The notes beneath the pieces were generated by a model. That model ran no database searches. It was not told the origin of the DNA and worked only from the letters and a program-made list of their open reading frames with translations. This document shows positions 49,944-60,297 of a DNA stretch of 64,000 bases, one piece after another. Position numbers and translations under genes: made by a program. The first letter of the stretch is position 1, and the number at the start of each line of letters is the position of its first letter. Source of the stretch: a bacterium (GTDB lineage Bacteria > Patescibacteriota > Dojkabacteria > JAKAPS01 > JAJZLI01); contig JAKAWT010000002.1 of the NCBI GenBank assembly GCA_021816845.1, positions 213,329-277,328 of the forward strand, given 5' to 3'.

Positions 49944-50849
49944 ATGAAGATGAGAAATACTATCCTTATAGTCATACTGATTGTTCTTATAGCAATTTTG
50001 GTATATTCTTTGTATTCTGCTTTTTTCTACAAAAATCACCAACTTCAAAACATATCTACCATATCCAAAAATCTAACAAGCTGTAATAATGGATCTAGAT
50101 CCAATGGATCAAGATCCATTGATTGGATGATAACTTATCAGAATATTAAAAATTTATCTAAAATAAATAAAACTATTGTAAATAGTATTTTTGACTCTCA
50201 AAATACTTATATAATGGAGTCACCATTAAAGTTTCAATATAATCCTTATGGAACATTTGTTGCCGTTTTTCAAAGTTATCAAACATTTAAAACAGACTTA
50301 TTAAATCATACTATTAATCCTCACTTTAAGTGGGTTTTATATGATAATGAACATTGGTCAAAAACTCCAGTTGTCGAGCAACAGAATCCAGTTTTATATG
50401 AGGAACTATTCACTAATCTTGCACATCAATATGGATACAAAGTAATTTTATCTCCCTCTCAAGATTTGTTTATAGAATCAAAAAATAATTTCAATGGGAA
50501 TTTATATCTAAATTCTGGTATTGTTAAATCAACTTATAATTATGCTGATATATATGAAGTACAAGCTCAATCATTCGAACAGTCAAGATATAGAAGTAAT
50601 AATGTATTTACAACTTTTGTAGATAATGTTCTTAAACAGATACCAAATCATACGAAACCTATCATTGTAGGACTTGGTACAAGTAGAGTTCAGAATTCCA
50701 CTCAACTCTACAATGATTTTTTAAGCGTTATGGGATCTGTACAAGGATTTTGGTTGAACATTCCAGGATCAACAGCCAAGAGACTTAATATAGGGATACA
50801 ATTCTTACAAATGGTTGGATCCAGATCCTTTGAGAATTCGTGTAAATAA
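49944..50849 (+). CDS. Membrane-anchored hypothetical protein (possibly glycoside-hydrolase-like)
   Basis: N-terminal TM; WVLYDNEHW..TP..EQ and YEVQAQ motifs; function is a guess. Confidence 0.6.
   Translation: MKMRNTILIVILIVLIAILVYSLYSAFFYKNHQLQNISTISKNLTSCNNGSRSNGSRSIDWMITYQNIKNLSKINKTIVNSIFDSQNTYIMESPLKFQYNPYGTFVAVFQSYQTFKTDLLNHTINPHFKWVLYDNEHWSKTPVVEQQNPVLYEELFTNLAHQYGYKVILSPSQDLFIESKNNFNGNLYLNSGIVKSTYNYADIYEVQAQSFEQSRYRSNNVFTTFVDNVLKQIPNHTKPIIVGLGTSRVQNSTQLYNDFLSVMGSVQGFWLNIPGSTAKRLNIGIQFLQMVGSRSFENSCK
50091..50117. repeat. In-frame palindrome array, 2 units, period 15 (single extra unit at 50817-50828)
   Basis: GGATCTAGATCC-aat-GGATCAAGATCC encoding GSRSN-GSRS; GGATCCAGATCC near the C-terminus. 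Confidence 0.85.
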
Positions 50850-50852
50850 ATA

Positions 50853-51260
50853 TTACTTAATCTTCTTTAGTGTATCAATAACAAGTGACAGATTATCTTT
50901 TAATACTAGTTTATCCTCTTTAGATAAAGTAGCAATTTTATCCTTCATCTCACTTCGCATAAGTTTAGAGAATTCTTTCATCCTATCTTTACCAGTATCA
51001 GTTATAGAAACTATTTTTTCTCTTTTATTATCACCTTCTTCCTTATGTATAAAACCTTGATTTTCAAGTTTAAATAATGCTTCTGTTACTGAAGGAGGGG
51101 ATATATTCATTTTTCTTGATATATCAATTACTCTTATATGTTTATTTTCACTGATTATTTTTAAAAGTAACGCCGATGAGATAAAACTATTCCCATATAT
51201 GAAATGAGTTTTCATTTCCATTATAAGGTCAATTATTTTATCTTCAATAGTACTATCCAT
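50853..51260 (-). CDS. MarR-family regulator
   Basis: ISPPSVT...LENQGFI...NKREKIVSITDTG. Confidence 0.88.
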   Translation of the reverse strand: MDSTIEDKIIDLIMEMKTHFIYGNSFISSALLLKIISENKHIRVIDISRKMNISPPSVTEALFKLENQGFIHKEEGDNKREKIVSITDTGKDRMKEFSKLMRSEMKDKIATLSKEDKLVLKDNLSLVIDTLKKIK

Positions 51261-52821
51261 TTCTATTATCAGTCCTTAGAGGTATCTCCTTTACAAGTAT
51301 AGCAAAAATTAGCGCTATTGCAACAACAACTGCTGCAAATAAAAGCAGATAACTGATTGATTGAGTTAGAGATAGGTATACTGCATGAGTTATTTCATGT
51401 ACATATTTTTCTAAATATTTTGGTACATGACTTGCTCCATTAATCGTAGTAGAAAATGATGTATTAGTACTTGAAAAAGAATGTTGTACAGCATCATACT
51501 GTCTGGAGAAAGCTAATGGTAGATTTTTTGGTTTATTATAAGATAATCTCGATATAAGTGAATTGTTCAAAATTGTTCCCATAGCAGCAAGTCCGACTGC
51601 ACTAGCAATATTCCTAAAAAACTGTAATGTTCCTGTAACTACACCAACTTCTTGTACAGGGAAGAAGTTTTGGGCTACAATAGTTAAAATTGGTAATAGC
51701 ACTCCAAGGCCGATACCCGTAATAAACATATGTACCATCATTAAAAGTATATTTGTTGTTGGGGTCAATGTTGATAAAAGGAAAAATCCTACACTGGTAA
51801 TTATTATAGATACTATAATTAAATATTTATATTTTCCATATTTAGTAAGCAGTAATCCACCTCCAATTGCAGTTGATATAAGACCCAATACTAAAGATGT
51901 GATGTATAACCCAGACATTGTTGGAGATGCACCTCTAACATACTGAAAATATATTGGTAGATAGACTATACCACCCAAAAAACCAAAAGATGTAAGAAAC
52001 GCAATCACATTAATATATATAAATGATTTATTTTTAAAAAGATGTAAAGGTAACAATGGGTATTTTGCCTTTGTTTGATATACTATAAATATAACAAGGA
52101 AGACAATAAAAGTTCCTATAAGAGAAAATTCCTGTATAGAATTCCAGGCAAACAGAGATCCTCCAAATATTAAAGCTGATATTAAAGCCACCGTAAATAT
52201 TGAGAATAGTGATATACCAATATAGTCCACAGTTTCTCCCTTATCATGTTTTATTACAGGATATTCTCTTAGAATTAATATAAATGCAAGTATACCTATA
52301 GGTACATTAATATAAAATATCCAGTGCCATGATAGTGAATCTGTAAGATAACCTCCTATTAGAGGACCTACAACTGCTGCGATACCAAAACTAGAAGATA
52401 TAATACCTTGCCATTTTCCACGCTCCCTAGGTGAGAATAAATCTCCTACAGAGGCAAAAGCTAAAGATGTTAGAGCTCCTCCACCAAACCCTTGTAACGC
52501 CCTAAAAATTATTAACTCTGTTATATTTTGTGATAAACCAGATAAAATTGACCCAAATACAAATATACCTATTCCCCATAGGTAAAATAACTTTCTTCCA
52601 TAAATATCTGACAGTCTACCCACAACCAATATTGCTATTGTAGATGTAAGTATGTACGCTGCGTATATCCAGCTTAAAAGGTTAAAACCTCCCAAATCTT
52701 TCAAAATTGTAGGTAGTGCTGTTGATACTATTGTCTGGTCTAAAGAAGACATAAACATAGATATCAAAATAGCTGCCATAAGAAATTTCAACCTTCCAGG
52801 TTTTATATGTTCATTTATCAT
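51253..52821 (-). CDS. DHA2 (EmrB/QacA) family MFS efflux transporter
   Basis: SLDQTIVSTALP, GRLSDIYGRK, FRALQG.GGG, WHWIFYINVP. Confidence 0.93.
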   Translation of the reverse strand: MINEHIKPGRLKFLMAAILISMFMSSLDQTIVSTALPTILKDLGGFNLLSWIYAAYILTSTIAILVVGRLSDIYGRKLFYLWGIGIFVFGSILSGLSQNITELIIFRALQGFGGGALTSLAFASVGDLFSPRERGKWQGIISSSFGIAAVVGPLIGGYLTDSLSWHWIFYINVPIGILAFILILREYPVIKHDKGETVDYIGISLFSIFTVALISALIFGGSLFAWNSIQEFSLIGTFIVFLVIFIVYQTKAKYPLLPLHLFKNKSFIYINVIAFLTSFGFLGGIVYLPIYFQYVRGASPTMSGLYITSLVLGLISTAIGGGLLLTKYGKYKYLIIVSIIITSVGFFLLSTLTPTTNILLMMVHMFITGIGLGVLLPILTIVAQNFFPVQEVGVVTGTLQFFRNIASAVGLAAMGTILNNSLISRLSYNKPKNLPLAFSRQYDAVQHSFSSTNTSFSTTINGASHVPKYLEKYVHEITHAVYLSLTQSISYLLLFAAVVVAIALIFAILVKEIPLRTDNRNG

Positions 52822-52842
52822 AATAGTAAGTGTCCAATTATG

Positions 52843-52905
52843 TACCTAATTATTAGGCAACCTATGTATAAGATTTAAGTATATCATAGATATCATTTAT
52901 GTCAA
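52843..52905 (-). promoter_or_regulatory. Promoter and probable MarR operator of the MFS-marR operon
   Basis: TTGACA (52900-52905)-N16-TATACT on the minus strand; inverted repeats CCTAAT-t-ATTAGG and TAGG-caa-CCTA downstream. Confidence 0.6.
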
Positions 52906-52912
52906 ACATGTA

Positions 52913-53590
52913 CTACGAAACTATTCTTAGTATAGATTGATAAGCGTTATTAAGTTCTTTAAATTTCGTATCATCTTGATTCCTTGTAAAATCTGGATGA
53001 AGAACTCTAGCCTTCTCTCTAAATGCCTTTTTAATTTCATCAAGTGGTGCACCTTTTCTTACTCCAAGTATAGAATATGCTTCATCAAGTTCATCCTTAC
53101 TCTCTGTTTTCTGGGATTTTGTACTTTCCCTAGATTGTTTAAAAGAGTTATATAGATTAAATATAACTTCACTAGAAAATTTAAATCGTGATTTTAATAC
53201 TGCGGAAAATTCAAGCAATGTTTTTGACTTTACAAATACAGTGTATATGTATTCATAGTTATCTATAACAGTCTCCTCTATTTCTGCATTCTCATTAATA
53301 ATTCTACGTATTTTAAAGTAATATAGATTTAATTCTCTAAAAAAATCTATTCCTCCTATTAAAAGGGCAATTACAATAAATAAGAAGTCTCTAGTAAATA
53401 GAGTGACCCAAGCACCAACTGTAAGTATTAAAGAATTATTAAATAACCTTCCAAGGAGTGCACTTCTGTATTGCTCTGCTTTAAGTTTTGAATTTTTTTT
53501 TGGTGATAGATATAATATTAGAGATATAAATGTTGTAACAAAAACCAAAATCAAATAAACAAAAAATGTATCAAGTCCGTTTATATTCAT
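52913..53590 (-). CDS. Membrane protein with a C-terminal J-domain
   Basis: TM helices then AYSILGV...EIKKAFR...LHPD...FKELNNAY. Confidence 0.88.
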   Translation of the reverse strand: MNINGLDTFFVYLILVFVTTFISLILYLSPKKNSKLKAEQYRSALLGRLFNNSLILTVGAWVTLFTRDFLFIVIALLIGGIDFFRELNLYYFKIRRIINENAEIEETVIDNYEYIYTVFVKSKTLLEFSAVLKSRFKFSSEVIFNLYNSFKQSRESTKSQKTESKDELDEAYSILGVRKGAPLDEIKKAFREKARVLHPDFTRNQDDTKFKELNNAYQSILRIVS

Positions 53591-53606
53591 ATTATAATTT
53601 CAAATT

Positions 53607-53680
53607 TGACCTCGGCGGGATTCGAACCCGCGATTTCCAGGATGAAAACCTGATGTCCTAGACCACTAGACGACGAGGCC
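53607..53680 (-). tRNA. tRNA-Glu(TTC)
   Basis: Cloverleaf; anticodon loop TTTTCAT; GGTTCGAATCC. Confidence 0.93.
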
Positions 53681-53799
53681 AAAAACAATAAAAATATACC
53701 AGAAATAAGGGTTTTTTGCAAATACAATGTTCAGTAATTTGAGTTTTGGAAATTTTTAGTATACAATGAGCTAGGGATGTGCCCAACCTATGCAGCCTT

Positions 53800-53839
53800 G
53801 GATCCGGATCCTTGAATCCAGATTATTAGATCTAGATCT
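53800..53839. repeat. Palindrome array, 3 units, period 14 (intergenic)
   Basis: GGATCCGGATCC-tt-GAATCCAGATTA-tt-AGATCTAGATCT. Confidence 0.85.
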
Positions 53840-53862
53840 TTGGAGTTGTATATCATTAATAA

Positions 53863-54909
53863 ATGAAAAGTCAAACAATTGAGATTTCTACAAAGACAAT
53901 ATTCATAGTTATAGCTACACTAGTAGGAATATATTTCTTTTTGAAAATAGCATTTGTTTTTGTCCTCATATTCCTTTCTTTCATTTTAATGTCAGCAATT
54001 GACCCATTAGTGGTATGGTTTGAAAAAAGAAAACTGCCAAGAGGAATATCAGTAATATTTAGTATGCTTATTATAATAATTGTAGTGGGCTTCTTCTTTT
54101 ATATAACAATATCTCCTATAACAAATCAGATAGATCAAATTGTAGCAGCTTTTTCAACTATTCCACAAAAACTAGCCCATATATTCCCATTCATAAAATC
54201 TAATTCCACAGTAAAAATTGGAGGTTTTAATTTATATAAATATATATTTAATAACTTCCATAACTTTGTAGTATCAGGAGCTGTTAATGTATCACAGACA
54301 ACTATAAATGTAATTACTTTTATAGCATATATAGTATTTATACTTGTGATGTCTATATACATGCTTATTTATAAGGAACATTTTTATTCAACTACATTAA
54401 ATTTCATACCAAAACAAGAAAGACAAAGGATAGATCATATGTTAAGAAGAATAGAGATACAACTAGGAAGATGGTTGAGAGGACAATTACTAATAAGTTT
54501 GTTTGTAGGAATTTTATTCTGGATTTATCTTACAATCCTAGGCATCCCTTATGCTATACCTCTTAGTCTATTTGCAGCATTTTGTGAGGCTATACCTTTC
54601 GTAGGACCAATAGTATCTGGAGTTGTAGCTTCATTAGTAGTATTTTTCATTTTCCCTAATTTGTTTTTATTATCTGTTATTGCCGTAATAATAATACAGC
54701 AATTGGAAGCAAATCTAATAGCACCAAAAATCATGGAGAGAGTTATAGGAATAAATCCTTTAATTGTAGTTATAGGAATATTTATAGGTACAGAAATCGG
54801 AGGCCTTCTTGGGGCACTAATTGTACTACCTATAATTACAGTAATTCAACTTTTAATTTATGATATATGGGGAGAAGGAAAAGATGATAGTCTATCTAAA
54901 AACAATTAA
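53863..54909 (+). CDS. AI-2E family transporter
   Basis: WLRGQLL, IPFVGP, IQQLEANLIAPKIM, GLLGALIVLP. Confidence 0.93.
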   Translation: MKSQTIEISTKTIFIVIATLVGIYFFLKIAFVFVLIFLSFILMSAIDPLVVWFEKRKLPRGISVIFSMLIIIIVVGFFFYITISPITNQIDQIVAAFSTIPQKLAHIFPFIKSNSTVKIGGFNLYKYIFNNFHNFVVSGAVNVSQTTINVITFIAYIVFILVMSIYMLIYKEHFYSTTLNFIPKQERQRIDHMLRRIEIQLGRWLRGQLLISLFVGILFWIYLTILGIPYAIPLSLFAAFCEAIPFVGPIVSGVVASLVVFFIFPNLFLLSVIAVIIIQQLEANLIAPKIMERVIGINPLIVVIGIFIGTEIGGLLGALIVLPIITVIQLLIYDIWGEGKDDSLSKNN

Positions 54910-55714
54910 TGGTATTAAAGTTCAATGTACTGATACAGAAAATAAACTTCTGCAGTTGAATAATGATATCTCTATACACAAAATACTAGATAGAAATCTA
55001 GAGGAGATGAAACACGTTATATTAAACAACCAACTCCTATACCCAAAACTATTTTATACTGAATATTTCCATATCTTAAAAAATGACCATAAAGATCTTT
55101 TTAAAGAACATGGATTAAGACATGATATAACAATAATGTCCGGAAACCTAGCAGGAATAGAATTTATGAAAACATATGGGCATTACCATGACCTTTTGAA
55201 TAGTAAAAGAAATACCGCACCTGAAGTCATAGAAATTTTATATGGACAAGCATTAATACTTCTACAAAAACCTAAAATGGTGAGCTCTAAATATGCTTTA
55301 GGACAATCTTTGGAAAGCATGTGTGATTTCTCTCATATAGAAGAATTTACATATTTTAAACTTAACAAAGGTGATGTGTTTGTAATACCGCCTGGATATG
55401 GCCATATTCTAATAAACCAGAAACCTGGGGCATTAATATTTTCAAGTTTAATTTCATCAAGAGCTAAAAGTCTATATAAAAGTATTTTTGATTTTAGGGG
55501 GGGAGCATATTATATAATTAAAAAGAATGCAAAACAGGTATTTGTACAAAATCCTAATTATAAAAATGTACCTAAAGTAAAGAAACAAAGGAAATGGGCA
55601 TATAGCAATCTTGTAGATAAAAAAGATCCTATATATCTATCATTTGTTAATGATCCTAAAAGATATCATTGGTTAAACGATCCAGATAGCATAAATTGGG
55701 AAAATTTTGCATAA
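54884..55714 (+). CDS. Cupin-type (archaeal PgiA-like) glucose-6-phosphate isomerase
   Basis: LRHDIT, KTYGHYH, PEVIEILYG, IPPGYGHILIN, GGAYY; metal ligands present. Confidence 0.82.
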   Translation: MIVYLKTINGIKVQCTDTENKLLQLNNDISIHKILDRNLEEMKHVILNNQLLYPKLFYTEYFHILKNDHKDLFKEHGLRHDITIMSGNLAGIEFMKTYGHYHDLLNSKRNTAPEVIEILYGQALILLQKPKMVSSKYALGQSLESMCDFSHIEEFTYFKLNKGDVFVIPPGYGHILINQKPGALIFSSLISSRAKSLYKSIFDFRGGAYYIIKKNAKQVFVQNPNYKNVPKVKKQRKWAYSNLVDKKDPIYLSFVNDPKRYHWLNDPDSINWENFA

Positions 55715-55757
55715 TAACAAGAGTTATGATGTTCACATTGGAGTATATGAATCGTAA

Positions 55758-55840
55758 TGCCTGGAAAAGGACTCGAACCTTCACACTTTTTCAAGTACTA
55801 GCTCCTAAGGCTAGCGTGTCTACCATTCCACCATCCAGGC
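55758..55840 (-). tRNA. tRNA-Leu(TAG)
   Basis: Cloverleaf with variable arm; anticodon loop CTTAGGA. Confidence 0.93.
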
Positions 55841-55880
55841 TCATAACAAAGTACCTAGAAATTATACCACATAAAATCAT

Positions 55881-56645
55881 TTATAGTTGATTAATATAGC
55901 TTTGAACATTCGGAGCCCATGACGGATTAGGAGGGTCATATACAGGTTGCATTTGATATGGACTTTCATTTTGATATGAGCTACCTATTCCTGCGGCAAT
56001 ACTATTAATAGCATTTGGCCACGATCCAAATCCAGAGAATCCACTAAATTCACTTCCTCCCCCTGTCCATCCCCAACCATTATAGGATAATGCTCCACTT
56101 GTACTCTCTGGAATAACTCTTCCAAATCCAGATTCCACACCTGATATTGCAACGAGTAGTTTCCAACTAACACCGTATTTTGCACCAGCAGATATAAAGT
56201 CTCCTGCATAGGGAGCCATAGGAGAACCATGTGATATTAGGAAATTATATAAAATTTGGATATTTGCATTAGATGTAGTTGTTATGGAGGATGATATTTC
56301 ATTATTCTTACTTGGTATAACAGCTGCAAGCATCCTTGCATGTTCAATATTAGGGTTTATGATATTAACTCCAGCTAGCTTATCAAGATTTGATAAACTT
56401 TTATTTCTTATTGAATAAACATTAGCAGCCATAACTTGTTTGGACAAAAATACTTTACCTTCTATATTTGCAAATATATTTAGTGGACTTTTAAATATAA
56501 AAAGCGAGGAAATGACAAACAGTGATATAACTAGATATATATATATACGTAACCTCTTTTTGACTATTTTGTCTATCTTTTTTATATAATGCGAATCCTC
56601 GAGGCTAGTATTTTTTGACAAACTATCATTGTTTAGGAAATTCAT
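55881..56645 (-). CDS. Membrane-anchored lysozyme/glucosaminidase-like cell-wall hydrolase
   Basis: FL..HGSPM...KYGVSWKLLVAISGVESGFG...NGWGW. Confidence 0.7.
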   Translation of the reverse strand: MNFLNNDSLSKNTSLEDSHYIKKIDKIVKKRLRIYIYLVISLFVISSLFIFKSPLNIFANIEGKVFLSKQVMAANVYSIRNKSLSNLDKLAGVNIINPNIEHARMLAAVIPSKNNEISSSITTTSNANIQILYNFLISHGSPMAPYAGDFISAGAKYGVSWKLLVAISGVESGFGRVIPESTSGALSYNGWGWTGGGSEFSGFSGFGSWPNAINSIAAGIGSSYQNESPYQMQPVYDPPNPSWAPNVQSYINQL

Positions 56646-56725
56646 ATATATATACTAGAGAGTTTTACAACAAAAGTCAATATATTAGCATTTAAATAGG
56701 AATTTTTTTAGATGAGGAATCAAAA

Positions 56726-56798
56726 AGCAGAAGACGGGGCTCGAACCCGCGACAACTAGTTTGGAAAACTAGTACTCTACCAACTGAGTTACTTCTGC
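56726..56798 (-). tRNA. tRNA-Gly(TCC)
   Basis: Cloverleaf; anticodon loop TTTCCAA; GGTTCGAGCCC. Confidence 0.93.
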
Positions 56799-56872
56799 AT
56801 AAAAACCATTATTCAAGCAATTATACTATATATTTACCCCCTGTATCTAGATTATCCTAGATTTAAAGATCC

Positions 56873-57439
56873 CTACTTACAATTTTGGAATTGGTTATAT
56901 AAAACGAGAGATTTTAAGAGACTATCTAAAACTTGTATTTTTTGTGTACTAGAATAATTTAGAACTAAAGAAAAGCCTGGGTTATAAAAGGATAATATAT
57001 TTTTACTAGATACTAGATATCCTGTGTATAAACCTTCAGTTTCTTTCGTTATAGATCCTCCAGAGCTAGCTCCAGAACTAGATACTTTACCAGTATATGG
57101 TGTCATACTCTGGCATTTACTATATACTGTTATTGTTTCGCTGTTAGTAACACTCTTAAATGTTGCAGATTCAGAATTAGGAGTCTCACTAGCACTAGTC
57201 ATAGTCCATCCTTGTATATAATTTATATCAAAAGAAGGAGTACCATTATATGTTCCTTTAAATAAAGAATATGTTATTGGTGGAGTAACAAGTTTGGGTG
57301 TCGGTGCAACATTGGAAACATAAGAATTAGAGCTTTGTGTACTTATTTTTTGTAATTCTTCAGCATATTTTGTAGTTATGTATAAAACAACTATTATAAG
57401 AAGAGCAAAAATCACAATAAATAATGTTTTTGTTTTCAT
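56873..57439 (-). CDS. Membrane-anchored hypothetical protein (PsbP-like pattern)
   Basis: N-terminal TM; FDINYIQGW and terminal LDSLLKSL. Confidence 0.6.
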   Translation of the reverse strand: MKTKTLFIVIFALLIIVVLYITTKYAEELQKISTQSSNSYVSNVAPTPKLVTPPITYSLFKGTYNGTPSFDINYIQGWTMTSASETPNSESATFKSVTNSETITVYSKCQSMTPYTGKVSSSGASSGGSITKETEGLYTGYLVSSKNILSFYNPGFSLVLNYSSTQKIQVLDSLLKSLVLYNQFQNCK

Positions 57440-57474
57440 ATATATATGATATATCTTTTTTAAAATTTCATCAA

Positions 57475-57528
57475 GGATTAAAATCCAAAGATCTTGATCC
57501 GGGGATCTTGATCCGGGGATCTAGGTAG
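57475..57528. repeat. Palindrome array, 4 units, period 14 (intergenic)
   Basis: GGATTAAAATCC-aa-AGATCTTGATCC-gg-GGATCTTGATCC-gg-GGATCTAGGTAG. Confidence 0.9.
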
Positions 57529-57550
57529 AAAACAACTTATATAATAATTC

Positions 57551-57576
57551 AAAAAAAGGAGGCGAACCTCCTTTTT
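57551..57576 (-). terminator. Intrinsic terminator of the large surface protein gene
   Basis: AAAAAGGAGG-cgaa-CCTCCTTTTT hairpin with flanking A/T tracts. Confidence 0.85.
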
Positions 57577-57593
57577 CTTTATTAATAATGTAA

Positions 57594-60170
57594 TTAGAGC
57601 ATCATCAATCCAACTCCTATTGCTATTATCAATCCTCCTACTGCAGCAAACATTTCTATTGGTGATGTTCCTGCTGTTTGTGGAAGTTGCTGTACTGTTG
57701 GAGTTACAACTGCTGGAACACAATCTCCTGATACTGATGATGTTGTCATCACATTTGTCTTTGCTCCTCCAGCATTTACTAACCATCCAGATACTTGGTA
57801 ACTATCTTTACCATTAGATCCTTGCCATATATATGCACCTAGGTTAGCATCTGTATTTGGTATTGTTGCTACCTCTGTTCCTGTTGTAGTATCTAATATT
57901 ATTCCTGTAAACATCTCTCCACTTGGTACATTAGTTGCTTTCCAATTTATCAACAAATCATTTGTAGTATTGTTCTGACATGCTAATGATATAGATGTCA
58001 TTGCCGGACTTACAGGTGCCTGACATGATGTTACATTCTCACTTGATGATGTAACAACGCTACTTTTACCATTAGTACCCTCTATGTACCCGGATACTGT
58101 GTAGTTATCAGTTGTGTTTGCTCCTGTCCATGTGTAAGTACCTAATGATGCTGGTACATTAAAGGTTGCTACTTGTGTATTTGTTGTTGTATCTTCTATT
58201 GTCCCATAAAATGTATCACCACTTACTAAGCTTGAAGCTGTATCTTGCCATTGTATAGCCATATTAACTGATGATTGTACACATGCTAGTGACACAGATA
58301 TAATTACTGGAGGATGTTGTACACAGTTATAAAAACTTACAGCACTCGATGTAGCAGTATTTCCACCCTGTACACTCATTGTTGCAGAATAGTTATCATT
58401 GCTATTTTCTAATGACTGTACAAATGAATTGTATACTCCTGTAGATGTATTTTGTGTTGGTATTGACAATGCCTCTGTACCTGTAGTCATGTTCGTAATA
58501 TATCCTGTTATCGCATCTTGTGAGACGTAGTTTGTTGTACTCCATGATACTCCTTGACAATTTAGTGAAACTGTTATTACAGGTGGTTGTGTATGTGTCA
58601 CACAGTTATAAAAATTAAATTCACTTGATGTGGAACTATTGCCTCCTGCAACTGACATAGTTACAGTATAATTATCATGACTATTAGTTAGAGCTGATAC
58701 AAATGAATTCACTGTTCCTGTAGATACATTCTCTGTTGGAATTGTAGCTACTTTCTGATTTGTTGTTGTATCTTCTACATATCCTGTTATTGCATCTTGT
58801 GAGACGTAGTTTGTTGTTGTCCATGATGCCCCCTGACAATCCAGAGTCACAGCTATTGTTGGAGCTTTTGTATGTGTTACACAGTTATAGAAATTAAATG
58901 ATCCAGATGTTGCACTATTTCCATTCTGTACTGACATCATAACTTCATAATTATCACTACTATTTGTCAGAGATGATACAAATGAGTTGACTGTACCAGA
59001 TGCTGAAGTTTCTGTTGGGAATGTATAAACATTCTGACCTGTAGTCATATCCTCTACATATCCTGTTATTGCATCTGTGGATACGTAGTTTGTTGTACTC
59101 CATGTTGCCCCCTCACAATTTAGTGTTACTGATATTGTAGGTGGTTGTGTATGTGTCACACAGTTATAAAAATTAAACTGTGGAGAATAGTTGCTTCCAA
59201 TAGGACCACTAGGTGAATATATATTCATTAAAAAGTCATATGTGTCATTTGTTTGTGTAGCTCCAGATACGAATGAATTTACTGTACCAGATGCTGTAGC
59301 TTGTGTAGGAACTGTTAATATAGTTTTACCAGTTGTCACATCAGTAACATAACCTGCAACTGTGTCTCCAGATTGAAAATTAGTTGTTGTCCATGATGCT
59401 CCTTGACAATTCAGCGAAACTTTTATTGTAGGTGTAACTGGTGCTGGAGGTGTTACTGTTATAGTCTCCGTTACTAGCTCACCATTCTGTACCTGAACTG
59501 TTACATTATTACCGCTTACAGACCACCCAGATGGTAATCCAGATAAGGCATAACTTACAGGTGAAAAATTACAATCAATTATCTCATAATATTTAATATC
59601 ACTTTCACTAACAGTTCCAGATGAAACATTATTAGTTCTTGTAATATTACCGTGTAGTGAGCTACATAAACCAAATCCAGTTGATGGACATGAAAATACT
59701 GTCCCACTACCCTGGGTTTGACCTACACTTACTGTTGGCATAACTTGATATGTTGTTGGTGGTGTATCATTGTGGTTCTTGTAATAACCCATTATGTCTG
59801 CAGGTCCTATGTATGAACCAGGATTAATCTGTGGAGATTGTACTAATGGATCTTGTAATGCACCATTATAACCAGAATCCCATACAAACCCATTATCATA
59901 ACCATCTGTACATTGAGCTGTATGCATAGATAGATTCAAATTTGGTAACGCTACTTGCGAGCTAGATGTCTTAATATCAATTTGTATTGATGCATTGTGT
60001 GTAGCAGAATATGTAGTCAAATTACTTGGTAATTGACAATTAGGTGCAGCACTAACTACTACTGGCTTACCTAAATTACCCATAGCTAAAAATGCTATAA
60101 AAGATATATTTAACAGTATAAATACAGATATAACTAAATGTATTTTCTTGAAATGTAACTTATTAAACAT
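57594..60170 (-). CDS. Large Thr/Ser-rich surface protein with ~93-aa Cys-bracketed repeats and an LPQTA sorting-like signal
   Basis: Signal peptide; four close repeats (V.LNC.G..W.TTN...FNFYNC) plus two diverged ones; LPQTAG then C-terminal TM. Confidence 0.82.
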   Translation of the reverse strand: MFNKLHFKKIHLVISVFILLNISFIAFLAMGNLGKPVVVSAAPNCQLPSNLTTYSATHNASIQIDIKTSSSQVALPNLNLSMHTAQCTDGYDNGFVWDSGYNGALQDPLVQSPQINPGSYIGPADIMGYYKNHNDTPPTTYQVMPTVSVGQTQGSGTVFSCPSTGFGLCSSLHGNITRTNNVSSGTVSESDIKYYEIIDCNFSPVSYALSGLPSGWSVSGNNVTVQVQNGELVTETITVTPPAPVTPTIKVSLNCQGASWTTTNFQSGDTVAGYVTDVTTGKTILTVPTQATASGTVNSFVSGATQTNDTYDFLMNIYSPSGPIGSNYSPQFNFYNCVTHTQPPTISVTLNCEGATWSTTNYVSTDAITGYVEDMTTGQNVYTFPTETSASGTVNSFVSSLTNSSDNYEVMMSVQNGNSATSGSFNFYNCVTHTKAPTIAVTLDCQGASWTTTNYVSQDAITGYVEDTTTNQKVATIPTENVSTGTVNSFVSALTNSHDNYTVTMSVAGGNSSTSSEFNFYNCVTHTQPPVITVSLNCQGVSWSTTNYVSQDAITGYITNMTTGTEALSIPTQNTSTGVYNSFVQSLENSNDNYSATMSVQGGNTATSSAVSFYNCVQHPPVIISVSLACVQSSVNMAIQWQDTASSLVSGDTFYGTIEDTTTNTQVATFNVPASLGTYTWTGANTTDNYTVSGYIEGTNGKSSVVTSSSENVTSCQAPVSPAMTSISLACQNNTTNDLLINWKATNVPSGEMFTGIILDTTTGTEVATIPNTDANLGAYIWQGSNGKDSYQVSGWLVNAGGAKTNVMTTSSVSGDCVPAVVTPTVQQLPQTAGTSPIEMFAAVGGLIIAIGVGLMML

Positions 60171-60297
60171 TTGCCTTATTACCAGAATAAATTAATTATT
60201 GAGAGCATATCACAACATATATAAAATGTCAACCTATAATATTATTACATATATTAAATAATTGAAATCATGATGGTGTGTGCATATAATGAAAGAT

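Noticed and set aside
55696-55890. 64-aa ORF on the plus strand
   Set aside because: It is antisense to tRNA-Leu(TAG).
56843-56872. TCTAGA/GATCC-rich patch after ORF 56873..57439
   Set aside because: Possibly a decayed array, but no consistent period could be assigned, so it was not counted.
57478-57786. 102-aa ORF ending RSPDQDPRIKIFGF
   Set aside because: It is an alternative frame of the surface-protein 3' end running through its terminator and a period-14 array; no coding signal.
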